From Candidatus Parcubacteria bacterium (GTDB lineage Bacteria > Patescibacteriota > Minisyncoccia > Phycocordibacterales > Phycocordibacteraceae): a stretch of 64,000 nt of DNA. Shown here piece after piece: positions 36,841 through 47,402 of this stretch. The position numbers were made by a program, and so were the translations under genes. Where the stretch lies: the NCBI GenBank assembly GCA_034666125.1, contig JAXDML010000002.1:4613-68612 (forward strand), in the 5' to 3' direction. The notes under the pieces are model-generated. The model saw only the letters and a program-made list of their open reading frames with translations, was not told the origin of the DNA and searched no databases. How positions within the stretch are numbered: position 1 is the stretch's first letter; every line of letters starts with the position of its first letter.

Positions 36841-38568
36841 CTACTTAACTAAGAAGGGCCAGATGAATTCGGTACGCCGGTACCAGTACCGCGCGCCCTG
36901 GAAACGGTCCGACGGCTCGATGATGTGCGCGAGCGCGACGCCCCTCAGGTCCTCGGGTATCGAATACAGGAAATCAGGCGTATGAGTGAAGACAGCCGGG
37001 AAGTCGCTGGCGATACGCTCGTTCGCGCGCGCGAGATCGGCAAGCGCCGCGTCACGATCGGTCTCCGTCCGCGCCCGTTCGAGAAGCTCGTCCACCTCGT
37101 CATTCGCGTATCCGGCGACGTTAAGACCCGGATCCTCGCGCTCGTCCGAATGCCAGAAGGCGTACAGGTCGGGATAGCTGCCGACGACCTCGCCGAAGAG
37201 GAGCGCGCCGTAGTCGCGGGGACGGATGACCGATTGGGTCAGTTCGCCCGGCGGATACAGCTCCACCGTTACCGGCACGCCGATGGCGTTCCAGTCGCTC
37301 TCGATCTTCGAAGCAAGGCCCTTCAGCTCCGGAACGTTCGAGGTCTTGAGCGTCACGGCGAGCGCCACGCCGTCCCTGCTCCACGACTGCAACTCGCCGT
37401 TCCACTCCCAGCCGTCCTCCTCGAGCATCGCGCGTGCAGTCTCGACGCGCATCGAAGGGTCAGGAAGAAGAAGGTCCGGGACGCCGGTCCCGGCAGGCAC
37501 CGGCCCGATGCTCGGCGTGGCGTACCCGCCGAGCACGTCCCGCACCAGGGCGGGCCGGTCGATGGCCGTCGAGAGCGCGTGGCGCACGGCCTCGTCCGCG
37601 AACAGCGGTTCGGCCGCCGGGTTGAAGAACACGCCGAAGATGCGGGAATAGGGAGCGCGAAGCGCGCCTTCTCGCGCTACGCCGTACGCGCTCTCGACCT
37701 GGCCGCCGCGCAGTCCCGAAAGGAGCGAGGCGTTATCCTCGAAGACGACGAAGCGGATGCGGTCGAGGTACGGGCGCCCGAGCACGTAGCCGGGGTTCGC
37801 CACGAGATCGTACTGCGTGATGCGCCCGTCGCCGTCCCGCGTTACGCCCGCCATCTTGAAGGGTCCCGCGCCGACGGGCTCGCTTGCGTACGGCGAGAAC
37901 GCAAACTCCTCGCTCGATACGCCTTGCCATACGCTTGAGGGCAGGATGCCGAGCGTCGCGTCCTCGAGGAACGGCGCATACGGCTCCGGCAGCGTGAAGC
38001 GTACCGTTCGGGCGTCGGTCGCTTCCACCTCGATATTCGCCCAGTTCGAGAGCACGGGGCTCTTAAGCGCCGGGTCCTTCGCTTTTTCCACGGTGAACAC
38101 GACGTCATCGGCGGTCACGGGACTGCCGTCCGAGAACTTCGCGTCCGCGCGGAGCGTGAACGTATACGTGCGCTCGTCTTCCGAACGCGCGAAACTCTCG
38201 GCCAATACCGGAACGGGATTGCCGTTGGCGTCATATCCCATGAGTCCCGCATACGCCAGGGCGGTCAGGTCGCGATCAGTGTCGGACAAGGCAAGCAGCG
38301 GATTCACGAAACGCGGGGCGCCTATGACCCCCTCCGTAAGAGTGCCGCCATATACCGGTACTTCCACCTGATACGCGCGCTCAAGCGCGACGATGCCCGC
38401 GAGGCTCGTGATCACGACGGCGAGTCCGAGCACGCGCGCGATGAGGCGGTCGCCGGGCGGGAGGCTCCGCAGATACGCGTTCAGCCGCGCGACGGGGCCG
38501 TGCCCGTATCCGGTCAGACTTTTTATGCTCCGGAACGTCCGTCCCGGTATTTCGGTAAAGGGAGCCAT
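36841..38568 (-). CDS. ABC-transporter solute-binding protein, family 5 (peptide/nickel type), TM-anchored, solitary
   Basis: 575 aa with an N-terminal TM helix. SBP_bac_5-like architecture; no permease or ATPase genes adjacent. Confidence 0.7.
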   Translation of the reverse strand: MAPFTEIPGRTFRSIKSLTGYGHGPVARLNAYLRSLPPGDRLIARVLGLAVVITSLAGIVALERAYQVEVPVYGGTLTEGVIGAPRFVNPLLALSDTDRDLTALAYAGLMGYDANGNPVPVLAESFARSEDERTYTFTLRADAKFSDGSPVTADDVVFTVEKAKDPALKSPVLSNWANIEVEATDARTVRFTLPEPYAPFLEDATLGILPSSVWQGVSSEEFAFSPYASEPVGAGPFKMAGVTRDGDGRITQYDLVANPGYVLGRPYLDRIRFVVFEDNASLLSGLRGGQVESAYGVAREGALRAPYSRIFGVFFNPAAEPLFADEAVRHALSTAIDRPALVRDVLGGYATPSIGPVPAGTGVPDLLLPDPSMRVETARAMLEEDGWEWNGELQSWSRDGVALAVTLKTSNVPELKGLASKIESDWNAIGVPVTVELYPPGELTQSVIRPRDYGALLFGEVVGSYPDLYAFWHSDEREDPGLNVAGYANDEVDELLERARTETDRDAALADLARANERIASDFPAVFTHTPDFLYSIPEDLRGVALAHIIEPSDRFQGARYWYRRTEFIWPFLVK

Positions 38569-38618
38569 GCTTTTTGCACGTAAGGACAGATGGGGCAGCG
38601 TGGCAGCCCGACCGTACG

Positions 38619-38852
38619 TTAGAACGTAAGGAAGTGGGTGATCGCGGTCAGCACGAACAGGACCGCGACGACTATCGTGGCGTTGAAAAGGAATTTCTCG
38701 GCGCCGCGCCGCTTATAGAACGTCGATGCGAAATTATCGCCGCCAAAAGCCCCTCCGAGGCCCGCGCCGCGCTGCTGGAGCACGATGCCGGCGATGAGGA
38801 GAAGGGAGAGCGTTATTTCTGCGTAAGGCAGGAATGCCATGAGTGACTCCAT
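38619..38852 (-). CDS. secG: Preprotein translocase subunit SecG
   Basis: 77 aa from MESLMAF...; two TM helices separated by LQQRGAGLGGAFGG, the SecG glycine-rich signature. Confidence 0.6.
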   Translation of the reverse strand: MESLMAFLPYAEITLSLLLIAGIVLQQRGAGLGGAFGGDNFASTFYKRRGAEKFLFNATIVVAVLFVLTAITHFLTF

Positions 38853-39070
38853 CTGTAGCTGAGAGAATACCATACATAGAGGAAAATGGGCAAGATACGC
38901 ATAGGCAAACAGTGCCCCGGTCGAGGCGACGCTGCCCTGTTTGCCTATGCGTGCCGCATCCGCTTGGCGGCCGATATCCTTTTCTATATACTGCAAGTAC
39001 TTCGGCAGGTTCCTGCAGGAATGTGCGATTTATTAGGAAGCCGCCAGGCGGCGCATAACTGAATTTCAAC

Positions 39071-39385
39071 ATGGCTAAGGCAACAAAAAATATCGCACTG
39101 TCCCCGCTCGGGGACCGCGTCGTGGTAGAGCCCGCGTCCAAGGAGGAGGTGTCGGCGTCCGGCATCATCATCCCGGATACGGCGAAGGCCGAGAAGCCGG
39201 AGCGGGGCACCGTCATCGCGGTCGGCCCCGGGAAGTTCGGCGACGATAACGAGCGCGTTCCGATGACCGTGAAGGTCGGGGATACGGTCATCTTTTCAAA
39301 GTACGGGTTCGACGAGGTGAAGGTCGATGGGAAGGAATACCTCATCCTCTCGGAATCCAGCGTGCTCGCGGTTGTTAACGATTAA
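39071..39385 (+). CDS. groES: Co-chaperonin GroES
   Basis: 104 aa: LSPLGDRVVVEP...GIIIPDTAKAEKPERGTVIAVGPG... Confidence 0.9.
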   Translation: MAKATKNIALSPLGDRVVVEPASKEEVSASGIIIPDTAKAEKPERGTVIAVGPGKFGDDNERVPMTVKVGDTVIFSKYGFDEVKVDGKEYLILSESSVLAVVND

Positions 39386-41032
<1,647 letters not shown>

Positions 41033-41050
41033 GATAGTAAGGACAAATGC

Positions 41051-41082
41051 AAGAAGCCGCGGCTATAGGCTGCGGCTTCTTG
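41051..41082 (+). terminator. Imperfect hairpin terminator after groEL
   Basis: AGAAGCCGCGGC-TATAG-GCTGCGGCTTCT then TTGATATT; one mismatch in the stem. Confidence 0.4.
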
Positions 41083-41115
41083 ATATTCCCGCGCAGAGTC
41101 GTACACTATAGATAT

Positions 41116-41676
41116 ATGACTATCCTTTATATCCTGATCGCCATCCTGGTGGTGCTCGTGCTCTGGGTGATATTCGCGTACAACGGCTTCGTCGCCAAGG
41201 TGAACCGCGCGAAGGAGGCCTGGGCCGACATCGACGTGCAGATGAAGCGCCGCTACGACCTCATCCCGAATCTCGTGGAGACGGTGAAGGGATACGCGAC
41301 ACACGAGCGTGCGACCCTCGACAGCGTGACTGCCGCGCGTGCGAACGCCATGAACGCGCAGTCGATAGGGGAGCACGCGGAAGCCGAGAACATGCTCTCG
41401 GGCGCGCTCAAGTCCCTCTTCGCGGTCGCTGAGGCCTACCCGGACCTCAAGGCGAACACGAACTTCCTCGAGCTTCAGCGCGAGCTCTCCGACACCGAGA
41501 ACAAGATTATGGCCTCCCGCCGCTTCTACAACAGCACCGTGCAGGAACTCAATACGTCGGTCGAGTCGTTCCCGGGGAACGTCATCGCCGGCTCCTTCAG
41601 CTTCTCGAAGATGGACCTCTTCGAGCTCGCCGATGCCGATAGTGCTGCCCGCGAGCCCGTAAAGGTCGCTTTCTAA
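41116..41676 (+). CDS. lemA: LemA-family protein
   Basis: N-terminal TM (MTILYILIAILVVLVLWVIFAYNGF) then the LemA domain (NRAKEAWADIDVQMKRRYDLIPNLVETVKGYATHE). Start reassigned from 41047. Confidence 0.8.
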   Translation: MTILYILIAILVVLVLWVIFAYNGFVAKVNRAKEAWADIDVQMKRRYDLIPNLVETVKGYATHERATLDSVTAARANAMNAQSIGEHAEAENMLSGALKSLFAVAEAYPDLKANTNFLELQRELSDTENKIMASRRFYNSTVQELNTSVESFPGNVIAGSFSFSKMDLFELADADSAAREPVKVAF

Positions 41677-41678
41677 TC

Positions 41679-42536
41679 ATGAACGAAAAGAAGATCGGTA
41701 GGTTCCGCGCGAGCTACCTGCTCGCGGCGGAAAGCTTCGAGTTCCTGCGCAAGGACAAGGAGATGCTCTGGGTGCCCTTAATGTCGTGCGCGGCAAGCTT
41801 CATCCTCGCTGCTGCGGTCATCGGACTCGGCTTCACTTATATACTGATGTTCGAGAACGTGTCTCCGCAGACGGACGATGCCATCTTCTACGTATTCCTC
41901 TTCCTGTTCTACATCGGAGCGACCTTCATTTTCACCTTCTTCCAGGGCGTCATCGCGGCCATGGTGCATATACGGGTCGGGGGCGGCGATCCGATGCTTT
42001 CCGATGGGCTTGCGAACTCCCTTAAGCGCACGGGCAAGATATTCCGCTGGTCGGTCGTAGCGGCGACCGTGGGGGTCGTCCTCAATCTCATTCAGGAGAA
42101 GCTCGGCTGGCTCGGAAGGATCCTCGGCTTCGCCGGCTCGGTCGCCTGGTCGGTGCTCACGTTCTTCATGGTACCCGTGCTCGTCCTCGAGGAAGGCACG
42201 ATCAAAGGCTCGCTCGAGCGCTCGGGCCGCCTCTTCAGGGAGGCCTGGGGCGAGACGCTCGTCATGAATTTCTCGCTCAGCCTCTTCTTCACGGCGCTTC
42301 ATCTCGTATGGATCGTCCTGTGCGGTGTTATCGTCTTCTTCTCTGCGGACAGCCTGGCGGCCCTCATACCCGTGGGAATCGCCTTCCTTGCCGGGTTCAT
42401 CCTCCTGGCGGTCGTCGGTTCCGTGCTCTCGGCGATATTCAAGACCGTGCTATACGAGTACGCGTCGAGCGGCAGGGTTCCGGATACCTTCACCCCGGAG
42501 CTCATCATGGGCGCGGTCAAGAAGAAGGGAGCATAA
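41679..42536 (+). CDS. Polytopic membrane protein of unknown function, downstream partner of lemA
   Basis: 285 aa, about 6 TM; 2-nt gap to lemA suggests an operon. Confidence 0.5.
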   Translation: MNEKKIGRFRASYLLAAESFEFLRKDKEMLWVPLMSCAASFILAAAVIGLGFTYILMFENVSPQTDDAIFYVFLFLFYIGATFIFTFFQGVIAAMVHIRVGGGDPMLSDGLANSLKRTGKIFRWSVVAATVGVVLNLIQEKLGWLGRILGFAGSVAWSVLTFFMVPVLVLEEGTIKGSLERSGRLFREAWGETLVMNFSLSLFFTALHLVWIVLCGVIVFFSADSLAALIPVGIAFLAGFILLAVVGSVLSAIFKTVLYEYASSGRVPDTFTPELIMGAVKKKGA

Positions 42537-42563
42537 CCCGAAGGCCGTTTTGCTATACTACGC

Positions 42564-43073
42564 GTGATGGCACCCGGCGTACCGACACCCGTTCACGACG
42601 AGCTCCACCGCGTCGACGTTACGGGCATCATCTGGCGCAAGGACGAGGACGGGAAGTACCGCTACCTCATCACGAAGCGCGCGCCGCATAAGAAGGCGTG
42701 GCCGGGCAAGTGGACCGTTCCCGGAGGCGGCGTCCATGTCCATGACTACGTCAACGGCGAGGCGACGTACCAGAATGACGAAAGCCCGCAATGGTACAAC
42801 GCGATCGAGAAAGCGCTTCGCCGCGAATGCCTGGAGGAAGTCGGCGTCGAGGTAGACAGTGTCCAGTATCTGCTCGATGTCGCTTTTATCGGGCCTGACG
42901 GGATCCCGCGACTGGTCCTCAGTTATTTCTGCAGGTACGTACGCGGGGAAATAGCCCTTGACGACTCCGCTACCGAACACGCCTGGGTCACTGCGGAAGA
43001 AGCATCGTCGTACGACCTCATCCAGGGCATCGACCATGAAATACTCGAAGTGGAGAAACGTCTTTCTAATTAA
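42564..43073 (+). CDS. NUDIX hydrolase
   Basis: Nudix box in GGGVHVHDYVNGE...ALRRECLEEVGVEV (Gx5Ex7REuxEExGu pattern). Confidence 0.7.
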   Translation: MMAPGVPTPVHDELHRVDVTGIIWRKDEDGKYRYLITKRAPHKKAWPGKWTVPGGGVHVHDYVNGEATYQNDESPQWYNAIEKALRRECLEEVGVEVDSVQYLLDVAFIGPDGIPRLVLSYFCRYVRGEIALDDSATEHAWVTAEEASSYDLIQGIDHEILEVEKRLSN

Positions 43074-43078
43074 TACCT

Positions 43079-43963
43079 ATGGCAACCCTGTACCAAGACC
43101 GCTCGAATAACCTCTTCAAGACCTGGGCCCTTATGATCGGTTTCTTCATCGTGGTCATCCTGATCGGCTGGGTCATCGCCCTCTACTACAACGACTCCTC
43201 CATCCTGTATATCGCCGTCGCTTTCGCGCTCGTCATGAATGTCGGAAGCTACTGGTTCTCGGATAAGATCGTACTCAAGATGACGAACGCCAAGCCCGCG
43301 AGCCGCGAGGAATTCTTCGACCTCTATACCGTCACCGAGAACCTCGCCATCACCGCAGGGCTCCCGATGCCCAAGCTCTACGTCATCGACGATCCGGCGC
43401 CGAACGCCTTCGCAACCGGCCGCAATGAGAAACATGCCGTCGTCGCGGCCACTACCGGACTGCTCCAGCGGCTCGACCGCACCGAGCTCGAAGGGGTCAT
43501 CGCGCACGAGCTCTCGCACATCAAGAACCGGGACATGCTCGTCATGACGGTCGCGGTCGTGCTTGCGGGCTTCGTCGCCATCGTCGCCGATATCTTCCTG
43601 CGCATGTCCATGTTCGGCGGGGGAGATCGCGATAACGGGAAGGCGGGCGCACTTTTTGCCGTACTTGCCATCGTCGCCGTCATCCTTGCGCCTTTCGCGG
43701 CACAGCTCATCAAGCTCGCCATCTCACGCAGGCGGGAATATCTTGCCGATGCCTCGGGAGCGCTTCTGACCCGCTATCCGGAAGGGCTTGCGTCAGCGCT
43801 CCAGAAGATCAGCGCGGCAGCGACGCCCATGAAAAGCGCGAATCACGCGACCGCGCACCTCTTCATCGCCAATCCCTTCGGCGCGCAGGCGGGGAAGTTC
43901 GTGAATAAGCTCTTCTCCACGCATCCCCCGGTCGAAGAGCGCGTCAAGGCGCTGCTCACGTGA
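43079..43963 (+). CDS. htpX: Membrane zinc metalloprotease HtpX (M48)
   Basis: HELSHIKNRD HExxH motif; TM helices on both sides; 294 aa. Confidence 0.85.
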   Translation: MATLYQDRSNNLFKTWALMIGFFIVVILIGWVIALYYNDSSILYIAVAFALVMNVGSYWFSDKIVLKMTNAKPASREEFFDLYTVTENLAITAGLPMPKLYVIDDPAPNAFATGRNEKHAVVAATTGLLQRLDRTELEGVIAHELSHIKNRDMLVMTVAVVLAGFVAIVADIFLRMSMFGGGDRDNGKAGALFAVLAIVAVILAPFAAQLIKLAISRRREYLADASGALLTRYPEGLASALQKISAAATPMKSANHATAHLFIANPFGAQAGKFVNKLFSTHPPVEERVKALLT

Positions 43964-44110
43964 TACTTTTCCGATCAATACCCTGAAAATACGGGGCTCC
44001 AGCAGGCTACGCCTCCGGTTCCAAATCATTACGATATACTTGACATTCTGTCTATAACCTATATATAATATATCCAGTTTGAGAGTACCTTGCCAATAGA
44101 GGTATTTCTG

Positions 44111-44165
44111 GGCGGTTTCAGCCATAAGCGGCTTATATACTAGGCCTTTTACGGCTGAAACCGCC
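44111..44165. repeat. Perfect 13-bp inverted repeat (GGCGGTTTCAGCC ... GGCTGAAACCGCC) with a 29-nt AT-rich spacer
   Basis: Read directly from the sequence, inside the AT-rich 300-bp gap between htpX and the cassette at 44262. Confidence 0.5.
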
Positions 44166-44261
44166 AACCATTGATGGTGGACGGGCAGCTAGGGACCGAA
44201 GCAATCGCTAGGCTCCGACACAACCTCCACCATCCAAGCATCACCACGAAGGGAGAAGGAC

Positions 44262-45827
44262 ATGCGCTTTCCGTTCCTCGGTCGCAATCGCGACGAAGAA
44301 GAAATCGAAGATGATGAAACGATCGACGCCGGACCCGTTACGTTCGCTCAGAACAGCCTGGACCCCAGGGCGGTCGTCGGCGAGAATGCGATCGGCCAGC
44401 TCGAGGCCGCAAGCATGGCAGCGGGGCAGAGAAAGCCTCAGCCGCCTTGCGGCGATGCGGTCCGCGACCTGGTCGGCCTGACCAACGAAGTGGCGGCAGA
44501 CTATTACGACCTCAGCCGCCGGGCCCTCGACGATCTCGGCGCCCAGTTCAGGGCTATCCGCGATTCGTCCGAGCAGCCGATCGAGGGGACCAATGCCCCG
44601 AGGCTGGACCGGTTGCGTGAGAGCGCGACCGCCATCCTCAAGCAGCGGGCCGCACGGCAGGTCAAGGCCGCAAGCCGCATCAATGAGCTTGCGGCCAAGA
44701 TCCGCATCCTGACCATCGGGATCGTCGGGGACCCTGGCCGCGAGGTCAAGTCCCTGAGAGCGCTGCTCGCGCTGATCCTGATCCCGTTCGCCACGGTCGC
44801 CTTGATCCTGGAGTTCATGTTGAACTTCGACGTCGTCCGCTTTGCGAGCGATCGCATGGTGTCCACGGCGTTTTCGGTCGCGGTCTCGATCTTCGGGATC
44901 TTGTTCGCCCACCTCGCGGCCACGGGCTACCGGGTGTGGGCCACGAATCGCGACGCCAAGGCCGCGTTCCTCGACCGCTTCGGTCCGGGACGAATGGCGA
45001 TCGACCAGGAAACCGGCCAGCGCGTCAACGTCCTGCCGATCGATGCAAAGCAGCGGCGGTTGAGCACCATCGGCCACGTCGGGCTCTTCGCCCTCGTGAG
45101 CTCGGTGCTCCTCTTCCGTCTCTATGTCATCGGGACGCAGGACGACCCCAATCTGGGGTCGATCGCCGGCACCCTCGCGTTTGCGTTCACCGTGTTCGGG
45201 CTCTACGCATTCGAGCTCTCGATGCCGGGGATCGAACATCCCCGACTGAAGGAGCTCCTCAGCATGAAGGAGGAGATGAACGACCTCCAGGGCGAGATGA
45301 GCGACCTGGAAAGCGGGGCCGACGAGTTCCGCGAGGAGCTCGACGGTCTCGTCGCCGAATACCAGCGCGACGCCGAAGCCGGGGCCGACCAGTCCCGCGC
45401 GAAGGCCGAGCAGGGCAGAGCGATCCGGGACGATTTCCTGGCGCGCTACGCCGAGCTCCAGGGGGCCAACCCCTGGTTCCGCGATCTCGCGGGGCAGCAG
45501 CTCGACGTGTTCTTCAAGTGGGTCGGGATCTCGCATCCTGACCTGCGCGAAGATCCGGCCTACCAGCCGTCCCCGGAGAACATCCGGGCGATAGTGGAGG
45601 GCAACCTCCAGCTCGAGGACGTGCCGGACTATGCCGACATCGTGAACTATGAGCCCCAGGCGGCGGACTCGACGGCAGCGGCGGGCGTGAGCTCGCAATC
45701 GCTGTTCGACGAGATCTGGTCGTCGGTCATCGGCAGCGCCGAAGCGCGCGTCCGCAAACCGGATGCGCCCGTCGTCGCGGGAATTCCTCACCCGAGGATC
45801 CGTTTGGCCGGCGTCTCCCGCCGTTAG
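44262..45827 (+). CDS. Hypothetical 4-TM membrane protein with helical N-terminal domain and C-terminal coiled-coil region
   Basis: 521 aa, strong GGGAGAAGGA RBS. About 160 aa soluble N-terminus, four hydrophobic helices (about aa 165-325), then an acidic coiled-coil-like tail. Codon usage differs from neighbours (CTG, GGG and CCC are frequent). Confidence 0.5.
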   Translation: MRFPFLGRNRDEEEIEDDETIDAGPVTFAQNSLDPRAVVGENAIGQLEAASMAAGQRKPQPPCGDAVRDLVGLTNEVAADYYDLSRRALDDLGAQFRAIRDSSEQPIEGTNAPRLDRLRESATAILKQRAARQVKAASRINELAAKIRILTIGIVGDPGREVKSLRALLALILIPFATVALILEFMLNFDVVRFASDRMVSTAFSVAVSIFGILFAHLAATGYRVWATNRDAKAAFLDRFGPGRMAIDQETGQRVNVLPIDAKQRRLSTIGHVGLFALVSSVLLFRLYVIGTQDDPNLGSIAGTLAFAFTVFGLYAFELSMPGIEHPRLKELLSMKEEMNDLQGEMSDLESGADEFREELDGLVAEYQRDAEAGADQSRAKAEQGRAIRDDFLARYAELQGANPWFRDLAGQQLDVFFKWVGISHPDLREDPAYQPSPENIRAIVEGNLQLEDVPDYADIVNYEPQAADSTAAAGVSSQSLFDEIWSSVIGSAEARVRKPDAPVVAGIPHPRIRLAGVSRR

Positions 45828-45855
45828 CACCGCTATGCGGTAGAAAGGAGCAAGC

Positions 45856-46926
45856 GTGAGAAGCAATCGTAAGGTCGCCACCAAGGGGCGCTGGAACACC
45901 TTGGCCATTACCGCAGCGGGAATTGCCGCTGTGGTCGTCGCCGGCCTCGTCATCTGGTTTCTCGTCTTTAGCGGCGCTTACGCGTCGCGGGCCGACAGCC
46001 TGGTGTTCGAGCGGGACATCGCCGTGGATCAGGGCGCGAGCCTCGATCCCACGAAGGTGCTCTCGACCGGCACGAGCCGGATCCGGCTCAACGACCTCTG
46101 TTCGGAAGAGCTCCGGAATCGCTGGGGCGCGGACGGACAGGGGGAGGACGGGGTCGGCCTCACGGCCGTCTTCGTGCGGAAGTCGGGAACGCGGATTATC
46201 TCCAGGGATACGGTCACGATTCCGTCGTGGCAGTATGCCGACGAGACCGCGCTTCCGGACCGCCGGGCGCTCGTGAGGGACCGGTGCGAAGCGCTTCGCG
46301 CGCAGAGCACCGCCTTCATGGCCCCCGTCTCGCGCAAGTGCGTGATGGCCGTGGTGGTCGACACCACGAGTGGCATGAACGCGATCCTGAGCCGGCGTGC
46401 TCGCGAGGTCATCACCGACTCGAGCGAGCGCCTCACCGGCCGGACCTGCGGGGCGGGCGGCTTCTACGCCTACCGCCTCACCGCCACCCCCTCCCAGGGG
46501 GACCGGTGGAGGGTCAATCGCGGGCCCGGCTTCGGGGCCGAGATGCGGGGGGTCGAATCGTGGCTCCTCGAATCCCAACCCGAACAGGCGGAATCCTCGG
46601 TCTTGCGGGGCCTCGCGGCCTCGCTCGTCGAGATCTCCCGCCTGCAGCCGGCCGACATTATCCGGGTCGACGTCTTCACCGACGGGCTCGAGAATGTCGG
46701 GGATCGCTCCGTTTATCGCGATCAGACCCTCCTCGATGGGGGCAACTGGCCGCGGCTCGACGTGGCATGGGATCCGAGGAGCCTCCAGCTCCGCGGATTC
46801 GATATCCACCTGCATCCGCTCCCGGGCCAGAGCGACAGGACCGCGGCTCTCACCGCCCGCGCCTTCCAATATCTGAAGGACCGTCTCGAAAGGGCGGGCG
46901 CAACGGTCACGATCGACACGCTCTAG
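45856..46926 (+). CDS. Hypothetical membrane-anchored protein with a possible vWA-like fold
   Basis: GTG start with AAAGGAG RBS. N-terminal TM (LAITAAGIAAVVVAGLVIWFLVF). VVVDTTSGM and, about 100 aa later, VDVFTDGLEN resemble vWA beta-strand / MIDAS-region motifs. Same atypical codon usage as the upstream gene. Confidence 0.45.
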   Translation: MRSNRKVATKGRWNTLAITAAGIAAVVVAGLVIWFLVFSGAYASRADSLVFERDIAVDQGASLDPTKVLSTGTSRIRLNDLCSEELRNRWGADGQGEDGVGLTAVFVRKSGTRIISRDTVTIPSWQYADETALPDRRALVRDRCEALRAQSTAFMAPVSRKCVMAVVVDTTSGMNAILSRRAREVITDSSERLTGRTCGAGGFYAYRLTATPSQGDRWRVNRGPGFGAEMRGVESWLLESQPEQAESSVLRGLAASLVEISRLQPADIIRVDVFTDGLENVGDRSVYRDQTLLDGGNWPRLDVAWDPRSLQLRGFDIHLHPLPGQSDRTAALTARAFQYLKDRLERAGATVTIDTL

Positions 46927-46963
46927 AAGGCGGTCGACGGAAATACCTCTATTACCCAAAGCC

Positions 46964-46998
46964 TGGCGCCCCTCACCGTGAGGGGCGCCTTCTTTTTA
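46964..46998 (+). terminator. Intrinsic terminator after the two-gene cassette
   Basis: GGCGCCCCTCA-CCG-TGAGGGGCGCC then TTCTTTTT. Confidence 0.6.
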
Positions 46999-47037
46999 TA
47001 TGTACAGAGGATAATTTATGCTATAACTGCGACGCAC

Positions 47038-47127
47038 GGAGACGTCGCATAGTGGTCTAGTGCACCGCCTTGGAAAGGCGGCAGGCTCGAAAGGGTCTCG
47101 AGAGTTCGAATCTCTCCGTCTCCGCCA
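47038..47127 (+). tRNA. tRNA-Ser (anticodon GGA), long variable arm, CCA encoded
   Basis: Cloverleaf read by hand: acceptor GGAGACG/CGTCTCC; anticodon stem CCGCC/GGCGG with loop TTGGAAA; long extra arm; T-arm GAGAG-TTCGAAT-CTCTC; 3' GCCA. Confidence 0.85.
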
Positions 47128-47402
47128 ACCAACCCAGGCCCTATCCACAGGTTATACAGGCTTATACACACCCCATGCTCGTCAGGAGCTGTACTTACGT
47201 TAAGAGCCGACGGCCTTACCGAAAGGCTTTATAAAAATTTCATTGACGCTTCATATCCAGAGTGCTCTACTCAGCAATAGTACGGTTCCGGGCAGGAACG
47301 ATATAGAACCCTTACCTCCTCAAAGACATGATTTTGAGGCGTTCTGTGCGTTTATTTGAAACTCATCGCGCGCTCTTCGCGTACATAAAACTATATAGAC
47401 CT

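Noticed and set aside
38997-39070. Looked for a CIRCE (HrcA) inverted repeat upstream of groES
   Set aside because: No TTAGCACTC-N9-GAGTGCTAA-like element is present. Heat-shock control here is probably not HrcA/CIRCE, or the operator is too divergent.
44241-45953. 570-aa minus-strand ORF across the cassette gene
   Set aside because: Antisense to the RBS-supported plus-strand gene; Arg/Asp/Gly-rich with no hydrophobic periodicity.
45727-46959. 410-aa minus-strand ORF
   Set aside because: Antisense to the second cassette gene; same spurious high-GC character.
47128-47402. Possible att duplicate of the tRNA-Ser 3' end flanking the giant gene
   Set aside because: I could not find a second copy of the tRNA-Ser 3' segment (GAGTTCGAATCTCTCCGTCTCC) near 52950-53120, so an island boundary cannot be supported by eye.
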